A stretch of 64,000 nucleotides of DNA from contig JAKVCO010000009.1 in assembly GCA_022448245.1 (NCBI GenBank), forward strand, positions 11,413 to 75,412. Direction: 5' to 3'. The notes under the pieces are model-generated. The model made no database searches. It was not told the origin of the DNA and saw nothing but the letters and a program-made list of their open reading frames with translations. This document shows, piece after piece, positions 9,284 through 19,383 of the stretch; the stretch's first letter is position 1, and each line of letters begins with the position of its first letter. The position numbers and the translations under genes are program-made. This DNA comes from Paracoccaceae bacterium. GTDB taxonomy: Bacteria; Pseudomonadota; Alphaproteobacteria; Rhodobacterales; Rhodobacteraceae.

Positions 9284-9939
9284 TCTTCGCGGCTGGTTTT
9301 GGCACGCGAATGGCGCCTCTCACCGAGAGCAGGCCCAAGCCGTTGATCGGTGTCGCCGGGAAGAGCCTTCTGTCCCACGCGTTGGACCCTGCCCGCGAAG
9401 CTGATCTGAACCCAATCGTGATCAACGCTCACTACCGGGCCGATCAAATCGCTGAAGCTGTCGAAGATGAGCCGGAGGTCATTCTACAGAGGGAGGAGCC
9501 AGAGATCCTCGACACCGGCGGGGGGCTCAAAGCGGCCCTCCCTTCCCTTTCGGGCGACGCGGTCTTCACCATGAATTCGGACGCTGTTTGGGCCGGGCCG
9601 AACCCTTTTGAGACTCTGCGGACATACTGGACCGAGACCATGGAGGCCCTGGTGCTCTGCGTGCCCATGGGCCGTGCGGAAGGACGCACCGACGCCGGGG
9701 ATTTCTCCATCGATGCAGACGGGCGAGTCAGCCGTGGGCCCGGCTATGTCTACACCGGGGCGCAAATCATCTGCGCAGCACCTGTCGCGGCTCACGACGA
9801 AGCCGTGTTCTCCTTCAATGTGCTTTGGAACGAAATGATCGCTCGCGGCACCCTCTTTGCGGCGGTTTATTCCGGCGCGTGGTGCGATGTCGGTCACCCG
9901 AGCTCGATCCCGCTGGCGGAAGCGATGCTCGATGTTTGA
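9280..9939 (+). CDS. Sugar-1-phosphate nucleotidyltransferase (MurU-like)
   Basis: N-terminal AAGFGTRMAPLT nucleotidyltransferase signature. The ATG at 9280 overlaps the preceding stop (ATGA). Confidence 0.8.
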   Translation: MIFAAGFGTRMAPLTESRPKPLIGVAGKSLLSHALDPAREADLNPIVINAHYRADQIAEAVEDEPEVILQREEPEILDTGGGLKAALPSLSGDAVFTMNSDAVWAGPNPFETLRTYWTETMEALVLCVPMGRAEGRTDAGDFSIDADGRVSRGPGYVYTGAQIICAAPVAAHDEAVFSFNVLWNEMIARGTLFAAVYSGAWCDVGHPSSIPLAEAMLDV

Positions 9940-12796
9940 GCCTGCGTCGAAACCACGCCTGTTCTACGTGCCGCCTGGCGCTGACTTTCCGCGAGAAGTC
10001 GTGCGTGGTCTTGAGGCGCGTTTGAAAGACCACGCCGCATGGGCGCGGATGAGGCTGCTGGTGAATGCTGCCCGTATGAAAACGCGGCTTGAAGCCGTCT
10101 TCGGTAAAGGCCCAGCGCGATTATTGCCGCAGATGTCCCTGATCACCGATCTGGGCGCTTTGGACCCGAGTCTGACGTTGGGAGAAGGTGCAACAGCCGG
10201 CCTGAGACGGCAGCTCGACCTGGCGGCCAACCTGAAATCTGTGCCCGGCCTAACCGCATATCTCGACGTGGCGCGATCGCTGGCAACGCTCATTGACGAG
10301 ATGGATGGCGAGGGTGTGAGCCTTGAGACGCTAAATGCGCTCAACGTGGCGGATCACGGTGGCCATTGGGAACGGGCGCTTGCCATCGTAAAGGTCGCCG
10401 CGTTGCACAAACCGGGCCTCGGTCCGGAGGCTGTGGCCCGTGCCCGCACCTTGGCCCTTATCGAAAACTGGCAGACATCAGCGCCAGAAAGCCCCCTACT
10501 CGTCGCGGGTTCAACAGGTTCGCGAGGAACGACATCGCTCTTGATGGAGGCTGTGTCCAAGCTCCCTCAAGGCGCACTGATTTTGCCAGGATTCGACCCT
10601 AACACACCGCAAAACGTGTGGGACACGCTGCAATCATCCCGCGAAGAAGATCATCCGCAGTACCGCTACGCTGACCTCCTCAAGCGGCTCGAGTGCACGC
10701 CCGAAGACGTTGTGCCTTGGTCTGACGCGCCGACACCCAATTGGGGCCGAACGCGGCTGATTTCCCTGTCGCTTCGCCCCGCGCCAGTAACACACCATTG
10801 GCTTGAGGAGGGTCCAAAGCTAGGCGACCTCTCCCCCGCAACGCAGGACGTCACGCTGATTGAGGCCAAAGACCAGAGCTCCGAGGCCGCTGCGATCGCG
10901 CTCCGTTTGCGACAAGCCGCAGAAGATGGGATCAGCGCGGCGCTGATCTCGCCCGATCGTGGGCTGACACGGCGGGTGACGGCAGCGCTAGCACGGTGGA
11001 GCATCACGCCTGACGATTCAGCCGGCGCGCCCTTGTCTCTGACCCCACCGGGGCGGCTTCTCCTCCAGATCGCGGCGCTTGGGGCGAAAGGCGTCGCAGC
11101 AGATACGCTTATTGCGCTCCTGAAACATCCGTTGGTCGCAACCGGCGGCGCACGCGGTGAGCACCTGCAACAAACGCGTGCGCTGGAACTTCATTTGCGC
11201 CGTCGAGGCCCGCCGTTCCCAACCGAAGCTGACATCCTGGATTGGGCCGCACAGGATGACACCCGCGGCGAATGGAGTGCATGGCTTGCCCCTCTCTTGG
11301 CTCCGAACCCAGCTGAAAACCTCGCAGATCACCTCGCGTGGCTCCGGCAGGCGGCCGAAGCGATATGCGCCGGTCCGGGTGGAGAGAATGCCGGAGAATT
11401 GTGGGAGGAAGCGCCCGGCCGCAAAACCAAAGATGTCTACGCTGGCATGGAGGACGTCGCCACCGATGATGACACCCTCACCGCCGCGGAATTAGTTACT
11501 ATTCTTGCCCAAACCTTCGCTGGCGAGAGCGTCACAGTCGTCAATGATGCGCATCCTTACATCATGATTTGGGGCACCCTCGAAGCGCGCGCGCAAGGCG
11601 CAGACATCGTGATCCTCGCAGGGCTCAATGACGGCGTTTGGCCAGGCGCCGCCGCGCCAGACCCATGGATGAACAGGGCCATGCGTCATGATGCAGGCCT
11701 CCTGTCGCCCGAGCGGCAGATCGGGCTTTCGGCTCACGATTACCAACAAGCTGCTTGCGCCCGTGAGATTTGGCTGACACGGGCAACCAAGTCAGATGAC
11801 GCGGAAACTGTACCCTCGCGCTGGCTCAACCGCCTCATGACGCTGCTCGAAGGCCTCCCCGATCAAGGGGGGCGCGATGCGCTGGACGAAATGAGGGGGC
11901 GCGGGCAAGTCTGGCTCGATTTGGCGGCGCGACTCGATTTGGCTGGGCAAACACGTCCTGCCCTCCGTCCTTCTCCCATCCCGCCGAACACGGCACGTCC
12001 CCGGAAGCTCTCCGTGACGGAGATCCGAACGTTGATCCGCGACCCTTATGCAATCTACGCCAAACACGTGTTGCGATTGCGCGAGCTTGACCCCCTCGCC
12101 CAGACGCCAGACGCACGCCTGAGGGGGATCGTGCTCCATGATGTGATGCAAGCCCTCTCAGAAGGCTTGCCGGAAGACGCGGACGAAGCGCTCACCCAGG
12201 TGGAGGCGACGGCCGACAAGATCCTCAGCCGTACGGTGCCATGGCCCGCTGCCCGCAAACTCTGGAAAGCACGGTTCATGCGCGCAGCGCCGTGGTTTGT
12301 GGAAACAGAAGCGTCTCGTCGTGAAGGCCTCGCGCATGTCGCCGCCGAAAAGAGCGGCGCCTACACCCTCCGCGATCAAAACTTCACGCTGACGGGAAAA
12401 GCAGACCGCATCGATGTGACGAACGACGGGCACGCGCGCATCTATGACTACAAGACAGGCAACCCGCCCTCCCCCGAGGAGCAAAAGTACTTCGACAAAC
12501 AGCTTCCCCTCGAAGCGCTGATGATCGCCGCAGGGGCATTCCCCGATGTTGGCGCCCTGCCCGTTGATAAAGCAGCTTACATCGGGCTTGGGTCCAAACC
12601 CCAGGAGCAGGATGTCGATCTGAGCCCAGACTACCAAGCGGAGTTCGTGGCCCTGATCACCGCCATGCTTGATCCCGAGCACGGCTTTACCGCGCGTCGG
12701 GCCATGCAAAAAGACACCGACGCGAGCCCCTACGACCTGTTGTCCCGATTTGGGGAATGGGGCCCGACAGATGATCCGAAGAAGGTGCGGGTATGA
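9932..12796 (+). CDS. addB: Double-strand break repair protein AddB (alphaproteobacterial type)
   Basis: About 955 aa, immediately upstream of and overlapping addA. C-terminal PD-(D/E)XK-like segment GKADRIDV...RIYDYKTG. I chose the start at ATG 9932, which overlaps the upstream stop by 8 nt. Confidence 0.85.
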   Translation: MFEPASKPRLFYVPPGADFPREVVRGLEARLKDHAAWARMRLLVNAARMKTRLEAVFGKGPARLLPQMSLITDLGALDPSLTLGEGATAGLRRQLDLAANLKSVPGLTAYLDVARSLATLIDEMDGEGVSLETLNALNVADHGGHWERALAIVKVAALHKPGLGPEAVARARTLALIENWQTSAPESPLLVAGSTGSRGTTSLLMEAVSKLPQGALILPGFDPNTPQNVWDTLQSSREEDHPQYRYADLLKRLECTPEDVVPWSDAPTPNWGRTRLISLSLRPAPVTHHWLEEGPKLGDLSPATQDVTLIEAKDQSSEAAAIALRLRQAAEDGISAALISPDRGLTRRVTAALARWSITPDDSAGAPLSLTPPGRLLLQIAALGAKGVAADTLIALLKHPLVATGGARGEHLQQTRALELHLRRRGPPFPTEADILDWAAQDDTRGEWSAWLAPLLAPNPAENLADHLAWLRQAAEAICAGPGGENAGELWEEAPGRKTKDVYAGMEDVATDDDTLTAAELVTILAQTFAGESVTVVNDAHPYIMIWGTLEARAQGADIVILAGLNDGVWPGAAAPDPWMNRAMRHDAGLLSPERQIGLSAHDYQQAACAREIWLTRATKSDDAETVPSRWLNRLMTLLEGLPDQGGRDALDEMRGRGQVWLDLAARLDLAGQTRPALRPSPIPPNTARPRKLSVTEIRTLIRDPYAIYAKHVLRLRELDPLAQTPDARLRGIVLHDVMQALSEGLPEDADEALTQVEATADKILSRTVPWPAARKLWKARFMRAAPWFVETEASRREGLAHVAAEKSGAYTLRDQNFTLTGKADRIDVTNDGHARIYDYKTGNPPSPEEQKYFDKQLPLEALMIAAGAFPDVGALPVDKAAYIGLGSKPQEQDVDLSPDYQAEFVALITAMLDPEHGFTARRAMQKDTDASPYDLLSRFGEWGPTDDPKKVRV

Positions 12797-15700
12797 GCCT
12801 CGATGATTCCACCCGCGCCCAGCGTCGCGCCGCGCGTCCGGGGTATTCCACATGGCTGGTCGCGAACGCGGGATCGGGCAAAACGAAGGTTCTGACGGAG
12901 CGGGTCGCGCGTCTTCTTTTGGCAGGTGTGCAGCCGCAGCGCATCCTGTGCCTGACCTATACTAAAGCCGCCGCGAGCGAGATGCAGAACCGATTGTTCC
13001 GCACTCTGGGCAGCTGGACAATGCTTTCAAACGGCCGGCTCGCGGAGGAGCTCGCCGGACTTGGAGAGCCCGGCCCGTTTCCTGATGATCTTCTTGCACA
13101 GGCGCGCACGCTTTTTGCCCGCGCTGTAGAAACTCCCGGCGGCCTGAAGATCCAAACGATCCACTCTTTCTGCTCGACCGTGCTGCGGCGCTTCCCGCTT
13201 GAGGCAGGCGTCAGCCCAGACTTCAAAGAGATTGACGACCGCCTCGCCAAGCTCCTTCAGCGGGAGGTTCTGGAGGAGCTAGCACTGGCCGATGATCCCG
13301 GCATGGTCGCCATGGCGCGCTACCAGACCGGGGAGGAGCTGGACAAATGGTTGGGGCAAGTCATCAGGTGGAAAGAGGCACTAACTCAGCCCAAAACGAA
13401 GAAAGAAATCTTCGATGACTTCGAGGTTCCAGATGGCTTCGACCTGAACGCTTACAGCGCGCGCTACCTGTCAGACGCCGACGAAGACGTGATCGAGGCG
13501 GTGATGAAGCTTTTGTCGGGTGGTGGGAAGAACGATAATTCCCTTGCGCAGAAACTTCGAAACGTGAGCCTTAGGAATCTCACAATGAACGGCATTGCGG
13601 TGTTGGAGGACGCGTTGGTTTTTGGCAGCACGACCAAGAACCCTTTCACGGCAAAGTCCAAAACCCTCCCGACCAAGGCAGGCAAGGGAGCGCTTGGTCC
13701 TGAACTTACGTCTGCGCTCCACGATCTGATGTCACGAGTTGCCGAAGGGCTCTCTCTTCGGCGCGCTCTGGCGGCGGCTGAAAAGACAGTCGCGTTGCAC
13801 CAATTCGCCGCGTCGTTCCTGCCCGCCTACGAGGCACGCAAGTCCGAAGGGGGGTGGCTCGACTTCGACGACCTCATCAGCCGGACGCGCGCATTGCTGA
13901 GCCATGGGCCCAGCGCGGCGTGGGTGCTCTACAAACTCGACGGCGGGATCGACCACATCCTCGTGGACGAAGCGCAGGACACGAGCCCCGAGCAATGGGA
14001 AGTGATCCGCACGCTCGCTGAGGAATTCCTAGCTGGCGAAGGTGCCAGCGATGCGGGGCGCACGATCTTCGTCGTGGGCGACAAGAAACAGTCGATCTAT
14101 TCCTTCCAAGGCGCCGACCCCCACGCGTTTGATGACATGCGCGCGCACTTTGAGCGGATGCTCGCGGAGGCGCCGGAGCCACTGCAAGATGCGGAGCTGC
14201 TCCACTCCTTCCGATCGTCACCTGCCATCTTGAAAGTTGTCGATACCGTCTTCGAACAATCGGGGCATGACGGGCTCGGCCAGCAAAGTCAGCACAAGGC
14301 ATTCAAGGATCAGCTTCCGGGGCGGGTGGATTTGCTAGACCCTTGGGAAAAGGTGGGTTCTGCGAAGGGTGCTTGGCACGAAGCCGTGGATCGGCTGGGT
14401 GACACGGACCACCGCCGCCAGATGGCCGAAGCCCTCGCGGACCGCATCAGCGCCATGATCGGGTCGGAGCGCATCCCCATTGTCGACCGCAAAGGGCGCC
14501 ACGACAAAGTGGTGGAGCCGAAGGACATCCTGATCCTCGTTCAGCGCCGATCAGAAGTGTTCAACGAGATCATTCGGGCCTGCAAAGCCCGAGGTATCCC
14601 GATGGCGGGTGCGGATCAGCTCAACGTCGCGCAAGAGCTCGCCGTGCGCGATATCACGGCCATCTTGTCCTTCTTGGCCACGCCCGAGGATGATCTGGCC
14701 CTCGCATCGACGCTGAAATCGCCGTTCTTCGGCTGGGACGACGCCGCTTTGTTCGAATTGGCCCATAACCGCAGCGGCGCGTACCTTTGGCAAGCGTTGC
14801 GCGAAAGACAAGCCGAGTACCCTAAAACCTTCGCTGTCCTGCGCGACATGCGTGACCGGGCCGATTTCCTGCGGCCCTACGAGCTGATCGAACGCCTTCT
14901 CACGTGGCATGACGGCCGCCACCTGATCCGGGCGCGACTTGGCGCCGAAGCAGACGACGCGATTGATGCGCTGCTGGCTCAGGCATTAGCCTATGAGCAG
15001 TCGGAAACGCCGAGCCTCACCGGCTTCCTCACATGGCTCGGCGCTGATGATGTGAAGATCAAACGCGCGATCGATTCCGCGGCCAATGTGGTGCGGGTGA
15101 TGACGGTTCACGGCTCCAAGGGCCTCGAGGCACCCATCGTGATCATGCCGGACACGGCCCTACGCCGCGCACCGACGACCGATGATATCGCCGTCGAAGA
15201 TGATCTCGTCGTGTGGCGTGGACCAAAAGCCGATGCACCACCGGATCGGATCGGCGCCTGCGACGAGGAGGTGGCCAAGCGCAAGGAAGAAGCACAGCGC
15301 CTGCTTTACGTCGCGATGACACGCGCTGAGTGCTGGCTGATCGTGGCTGCGGCTGGCGAGATCGAGAACAAGACATCGCGAGGGTGGTACGCGCAGATTT
15401 CGCAGGCTTTGGGTGAGTTAGAGACAGATTTCATCGACGGAGGTCGACGATACGAGCCCCTTCCTTGGCCCGATCCCGCCGATGAAGAAGAGAGTCAGAT
15501 ATCCGCTGAGCCCGATCGCCTTTCGTTACCTGCGCCTGCCTCGCCTGTGACTCATGAGACCATCGCCGCCACCGATCTTGGTGGCGCAAAGACGGTTCTC
15601 GGCACGGAAGAGGATGAGGACGCGCTGGAACGCGGAACAGCCATCCACGCATTGTTGGAAAATCTTCCGAACATGCCTCGCGACCTTTGGTCGGACTACG

Positions 15701-16095
15701 CGGCAGAGCTCGGAGCAGCTGAGCATCTGGCGGAGGCGCGAGGGATCTTTGAGTCGCCTGAACTTCAGATTCTTTTCGCCCCCGGCACCTTGGCGGAAGT
15801 GCCGCTTACAGCAGAGCTCGGCGGGCGAAGGCTTCATGGCATAATCGACCGGCTGGTCTTCGACGGCGAGCAGATCCTCGCTGTGGACTTCAAATCGAAC
15901 CGCAAAGAACCGGGTTCGGCGGCGGACGTTCCAGAAGGGCTTTTACGGCAGATGGGGGCCTATTCGGCTGCTCTGGGGCAGATCTTCCCTGACAAGAACA
16001 TCCGCCTCGCGATCCTCTGGACCCACAGCGCACGGCTGATGGAGCTCACGCAAGCTTCCGTGATGGAAGCGTTACAGCGGTCGGGCAAAGCTTGA
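12793..16095 (+). CDS. addA: Double-strand break repair helicase-nuclease AddA (UvrD/Rep superfamily 1)
   Basis: Walker A motif ANAGSGKTKVLT, helicase motifs (ILVDEAQDTS, VGDKKQSIYSFQGA, TVHGSKGLE, LLYVAMTRA) and a C-terminal nuclease segment HGIIDRLV...AVDFKSN. ATGA overlap with addB. Confidence 0.9.
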   Translation: MSLDDSTRAQRRAARPGYSTWLVANAGSGKTKVLTERVARLLLAGVQPQRILCLTYTKAAASEMQNRLFRTLGSWTMLSNGRLAEELAGLGEPGPFPDDLLAQARTLFARAVETPGGLKIQTIHSFCSTVLRRFPLEAGVSPDFKEIDDRLAKLLQREVLEELALADDPGMVAMARYQTGEELDKWLGQVIRWKEALTQPKTKKEIFDDFEVPDGFDLNAYSARYLSDADEDVIEAVMKLLSGGGKNDNSLAQKLRNVSLRNLTMNGIAVLEDALVFGSTTKNPFTAKSKTLPTKAGKGALGPELTSALHDLMSRVAEGLSLRRALAAAEKTVALHQFAASFLPAYEARKSEGGWLDFDDLISRTRALLSHGPSAAWVLYKLDGGIDHILVDEAQDTSPEQWEVIRTLAEEFLAGEGASDAGRTIFVVGDKKQSIYSFQGADPHAFDDMRAHFERMLAEAPEPLQDAELLHSFRSSPAILKVVDTVFEQSGHDGLGQQSQHKAFKDQLPGRVDLLDPWEKVGSAKGAWHEAVDRLGDTDHRRQMAEALADRISAMIGSERIPIVDRKGRHDKVVEPKDILILVQRRSEVFNEIIRACKARGIPMAGADQLNVAQELAVRDITAILSFLATPEDDLALASTLKSPFFGWDDAALFELAHNRSGAYLWQALRERQAEYPKTFAVLRDMRDRADFLRPYELIERLLTWHDGRHLIRARLGAEADDAIDALLAQALAYEQSETPSLTGFLTWLGADDVKIKRAIDSAANVVRVMTVHGSKGLEAPIVIMPDTALRRAPTTDDIAVEDDLVVWRGPKADAPPDRIGACDEEVAKRKEEAQRLLYVAMTRAECWLIVAAAGEIENKTSRGWYAQISQALGELETDFIDGGRRYEPLPWPDPADEEESQISAEPDRLSLPAPASPVTHETIAATDLGGAKTVLGTEEDEDALERGTAIHALLENLPNMPRDLWSDYAAELGAAEHLAEARGIFESPELQILFAPGTLAEVPLTAELGGRRLHGIIDRLVFDGEQILAVDFKSNRKEPGSAADVPEGLLRQMGAYSAALGQIFPDKNIRLAILWTHSARLMELTQASVMEALQRSGKA

Positions 16096-16154
16096 CGACT
16101 TAGGGGGCGACCCATAAGTCTCGGCTCCAACATATAGTGCTAAGGAGAGCTGCT

Positions 16155-16475
16155 ATGGCTACCGTTGCTGCCACTGATGACACGTTCGACGCGGAAGTCC
16201 GCCAGTCCGACGTGCCTGTCGTCGTCGATTTCTGGGCCGAATGGTGCGGCCCTTGCAAACAAATCGGTCCGGCTCTGGAAGAGCTGTCCGAAGAGATGGC
16301 CGGCAAGGTCAAAGTGGTGAAGGTGGACGTCGATTCCAACCCGAACACCGCAGCACAACTCGGCGTTCGCGGCATCCCGGCGCTCTTCATGTTCAAGGAC
16401 GGTGAAGTGATCTCCAACCGTGCCGGCGCTGCCCCGAAGGCCGCCCTGCAGGACTGGATCAACGGCAGCATCTAA
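16155..16475 (+). CDS. trxA: Thioredoxin
   Basis: 106 aa from ATG 16155, preceded by AAGGAG. WCGPC active site. Confidence 0.95.
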   Translation: MATVAATDDTFDAEVRQSDVPVVVDFWAEWCGPCKQIGPALEELSEEMAGKVKVVKVDVDSNPNTAAQLGVRGIPALFMFKDGEVISNRAGAAPKAALQDWINGSI

Positions 16476-16498
16476 AGCCTACGCCAGATACGATCAGA

Positions 16499-16523
16499 GG
16501 GCGGCCATTGAGCCGCCCTTTTT
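16499..16523 (+). terminator. Rho-independent terminator after trxA
   Basis: GGGCGGC (16499-16505) pairs with GCCGCCC (16512-16518) across a 6-nt loop, followed by TTTTT (16519-16523). Confidence 0.6.
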
Positions 16524-17482
16524 CATGCGCGAACAATGTTTTCGAGAACGGCCTTAGCCCGCGCGAACCGGATTTGCTGGGCAATGGGCTGTTTGACGCG
16601 CGAGGCCGGGAACCGCACCCAATCATTGACGAGCCGCGCCCTCAGAATCGTTTGGATTGACGGGTCGTTTGGTCCCGTCAGGTCATATCCCTCGAAAAAA
16701 GCCTCCGCAGCGGCACGCGGCACAGCTTCACCCGGTCGCAACTTCGAGTGATCTGCCAAATTCACCGCGTAGTGGAGCAGGGCCCGCGCGACGTCGTATC
16801 CAATCGGCGCCACATCTGGGTTAGTGAAATCGATGCCCCAGAGCGCGCCCCCATCCCAAATGAAATTGTGCAGGTTGGCGTCGCCATGTTGGGCGGCTGC
16901 GATGGTCGGTTGCCCGGCAAAAGCGGGCAGGGCGCTTAGCACCGATTTCGAGCAGATCTCGAACGCTTTGCGCTGGTGAATGTTCTTACCCGCTGAGAGT
17001 TGTTTCTCGATGTATTTGATGTTGTAGGCCGGCTTGAACTGCCTCTCCTCAACGAGTGTCGCGCGGTGAAACGCAGCGACCCACGCCCCAAGGCGCGTCA
17101 GCCAGGGGCGATGATCGTCCGCCGCTTCCATCAGATGAAAGAGCCGGTCTCCTTCCGCCTCTGCCATCAAAACCGCCTGCGCTTCCCGGTCATGGGCCAA
17201 AACGCGTGGCGCGCGGCACGTGCCGCCCAGTACATCGGCCGCACGCGCTTGCAGTGCCTGCAAGGCTTCCACGCGCAACGGATCATCCGGTTTTGTTACG
17301 ATTTTCAGGATCACCGCGTCGTCGTCTGAATGAAATCGTTCGATCATGGCGGAAGGGCGCTCGCCTCGCTGGGACCACCCTTCATCGAGCCGATATGCAG
17401 CAGGATTGAGGCCCGCGCGACCAGCCAAAATGGGCCAAAGCCACTGAATGTCGGTCTTTCCTTGGGCCATCCCGGCTTGCAT
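16523..17482 (-). CDS. Aminoglycoside-phosphotransferase / choline-kinase-fold protein kinase-like protein
   Basis: Catalytic-loop-like [11 protein letters not shown] and GIDF motifs. The start is uncertain (Met codons at 17482 and 17470). Confidence 0.7.
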   Translation of the reverse strand: MQAGMAQGKTDIQWLWPILAGRAGLNPAAYRLDEGWSQRGERPSAMIERFHSDDDAVILKIVTKPDDPLRVEALQALQARAADVLGGTCRAPRVLAHDREAQAVLMAEAEGDRLFHLMEAADDHRPWLTRLGAWVAAFHRATLVEERQFKPAYNIKYIEKQLSAGKNIHQRKAFEICSKSVLSALPAFAGQPTIAAAQHGDANLHNFIWDGGALWGIDFTNPDVAPIGYDVARALLHYAVNLADHSKLRPGEAVPRAAAEAFFEGYDLTGPNDPSIQTILRARLVNDWVRFPASRVKQPIAQQIRFARAKAVLENIVRA

Positions 17483-17527
17483 TGCCTCCGTCTCGCGCAG
17501 ATATGTCTACCGGAAAGGACACGGGCG

Positions 17528-18079
17528 ATGACAGACGAGAAATTTCCAGGCTGGCACGGAACCACGATCATCGGGGTGCGCAAAGGCGGCAAAGTTGTAA
17601 TCGCAGGCGACGGCCAGGTGAGCCTTGGTCAAACGGTGATCAAAGGCACAGCGCGCAAAGTGCGGCGTCTGAAGCCGGGCGGCATGGATGTGATCGCGGG
17701 CTTTGCTGGATCGACGGCTGACGCGTTCACGCTTCTCGAACGCCTCGAAGCAAAACTTGAAAGCACACCGGGCCAGCTGGCCCGCGCGGCGGTAGAGCTC
17801 GCCAAAGACTGGCGCACCGACAAGTATCTGCAAAAGCTTGAGGCGATGCTGATCGTGTCCGATGGCACCGACCTCTTCGTCATCACCGGCGCAGGCGACG
17901 TGCTAGAGCCTGAGCATGACGTCACCGCCATTGGCTCTGGCGGAAACTATGCGCTCGCCGCCGGGCGCGCCCTCATGGGCACCGACAAAGACGCCGAAAC
18001 CATCGCGCGCGAGGCCATGGCCATCGCCGCCGACATTTGCGTCTACACCAACGGCAATCTGACAGTGGAAACCCTGTGA
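17528..18079 (+). CDS. hslV: ATP-dependent protease subunit HslV
   Basis: [12 protein letters not shown]-terminal Thr-protease signature. The ATG at 17528 gives 183 aa. The upstream part of the track ORF is an extension. Confidence 0.95.
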   Translation: MTDEKFPGWHGTTIIGVRKGGKVVIAGDGQVSLGQTVIKGTARKVRRLKPGGMDVIAGFAGSTADAFTLLERLEAKLESTPGQLARAAVELAKDWRTDKYLQKLEAMLIVSDGTDLFVITGAGDVLEPEHDVTAIGSGGNYALAAGRALMGTDKDAETIAREAMAIAADICVYTNGNLTVETL

Positions 18080-19374
18080 CTGATCTGACCCCCCGCGAAA
18101 TCGTTAGCGAGCTCGACCGTTTCATCATCGGCCAAAAGGACGCCAAGCGCGCCGTGGCCGTGGCCCTGCGCAACCGTTGGCGCCGCAAGCAGTTGAGCGA
18201 TGACCTCCGTGATGAGGTCTATCCCAAGAACATCCTGATGATCGGACCCACCGGCGTCGGTAAGACCGAGATCAGCCGCCGTCTGGCCAAGCTCGCCAAA
18301 GCGCCGTTCCTAAAAGTGGAGGCCACGAAGTTCACTGAAGTTGGCTATGTCGGCCGCGACGTGGAACAGATCATCCGTGATCTAGTGGAAGCCGCTATCA
18401 CCATGACACGCGAGACGATGCGCGACGACGTGAAGGCCCGCGCACATCAAGCCGCCGAGGACCGCGTAATTGAGGCAATCGCAGGCACCGATGCGCGCGA
18501 GCAAACGCGCGAGATGTTCCGCAAGAAGCTGAAAACGGGTGAGCTTGATAGCCAGAAGATCACGCTGGAGCTCGCCGACAATAGCAACCCCATGGGTTTC
18601 GAGGTTCCCGGCCAGCCCGGCGTAGGTCAGATGATGAACCTGGGCGAGATGTTCGGCAAAGCCTTCCAACGCACGACCCGTAAAGAGATGACCGTGGCTG
18701 AAAGCTACGAAATCCTCATCGGGGAAGAAGCCGATAAGCTTCTCGACGACGAAACCGTCCGCGTCGCCGCTGTTGAGGCGGTTGAGCAGAACGGGATCGT
18801 CTTCCTTGACGAGATCGATAAAGTCGCCGCCAAGAACGAAGGCCGTGGTGGCGAGGTAAGCCGCGAGGGCGTGCAGCGCGATCTGCTGCCGCTCATTGAA
18901 GGTACCACCGTTTCGACAAAGCATGGTCCGGTGAAAACCGACCACATCCTCTTTATCGCGTCGGGTGCGTTCCACGTGGCTAAACCCTCGGATCTATTGC
19001 CAGAATTGCAGGGCCGTCTGCCCATCCGGGTGGAGCTTCGTGCCCTGACCGAGGCCGATTTCGTCCGCATCCTGACAGAGACAGACAACGCGCTGACCCG
19101 CCAGTACACTGCGCTCATGGGCACGGAGGATGTAACGGTATCTTTCACTGAAGATGGCATCGCGGCGCTCGCGAAAGTCGCCGCCGAAGTAAACGAGCAC
19201 GTGGAAAACATCGGGGCGCGCAGGCTCTACACCGTGATGGAGCGTGTGTTTGAGGAGCTCTCCTTCACCGCGCCGGATCAAGGTGGGGCGGAGATCACCG
19301 TGGACGCTTCCTTCGTGCAAACGAACCTCGGTGAGCTGACGAAGAGCATGGATGTAAGCCGCTACATGCTCTAA
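18076..19374 (+). CDS. hslU: ATP-dependent protease ATPase subunit HslU
   Basis: The GTG at 18076 overlaps the hslV stop (GTGA). N-terminus [16 protein letters not shown] and Walker A motif [15 protein letters not shown]. Confidence 0.95.
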   Translation: MTDLTPREIVSELDRFIIGQKDAKRAVAVALRNRWRRKQLSDDLRDEVYPKNILMIGPTGVGKTEISRRLAKLAKAPFLKVEATKFTEVGYVGRDVEQIIRDLVEAAITMTRETMRDDVKARAHQAAEDRVIEAIAGTDAREQTREMFRKKLKTGELDSQKITLELADNSNPMGFEVPGQPGVGQMMNLGEMFGKAFQRTTRKEMTVAESYEILIGEEADKLLDDETVRVAAVEAVEQNGIVFLDEIDKVAAKNEGRGGEVSREGVQRDLLPLIEGTTVSTKHGPVKTDHILFIASGAFHVAKPSDLLPELQGRLPIRVELRALTEADFVRILTETDNALTRQYTALMGTEDVTVSFTEDGIAALAKVAAEVNEHVENIGARRLYTVMERVFEELSFTAPDQGGAEITVDASFVQTNLGELTKSMDVSRYML

Positions 19375-19383
19375 CGCGGAAGC

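Noticed and set aside
17440-17527. Heat-shock (sigma-32) promoter upstream of hslV
   Set aside because: The CTTGCA ... ATATGT spacing is about 19-21 nt, too long for the consensus. This is not supportable from sequence alone.
18968-18983. parS-like sequence CGTTCCACGTGGCTAA inside hslU
   Set aside because: Only the left half-site and the core match. There are 5 mismatches to TGTTTCACGTGAAACA, and the site lies 8 kb on the far side of the origin. I treat it as a chance CACGTG. Other CACGTG occurrences in the window are worse.
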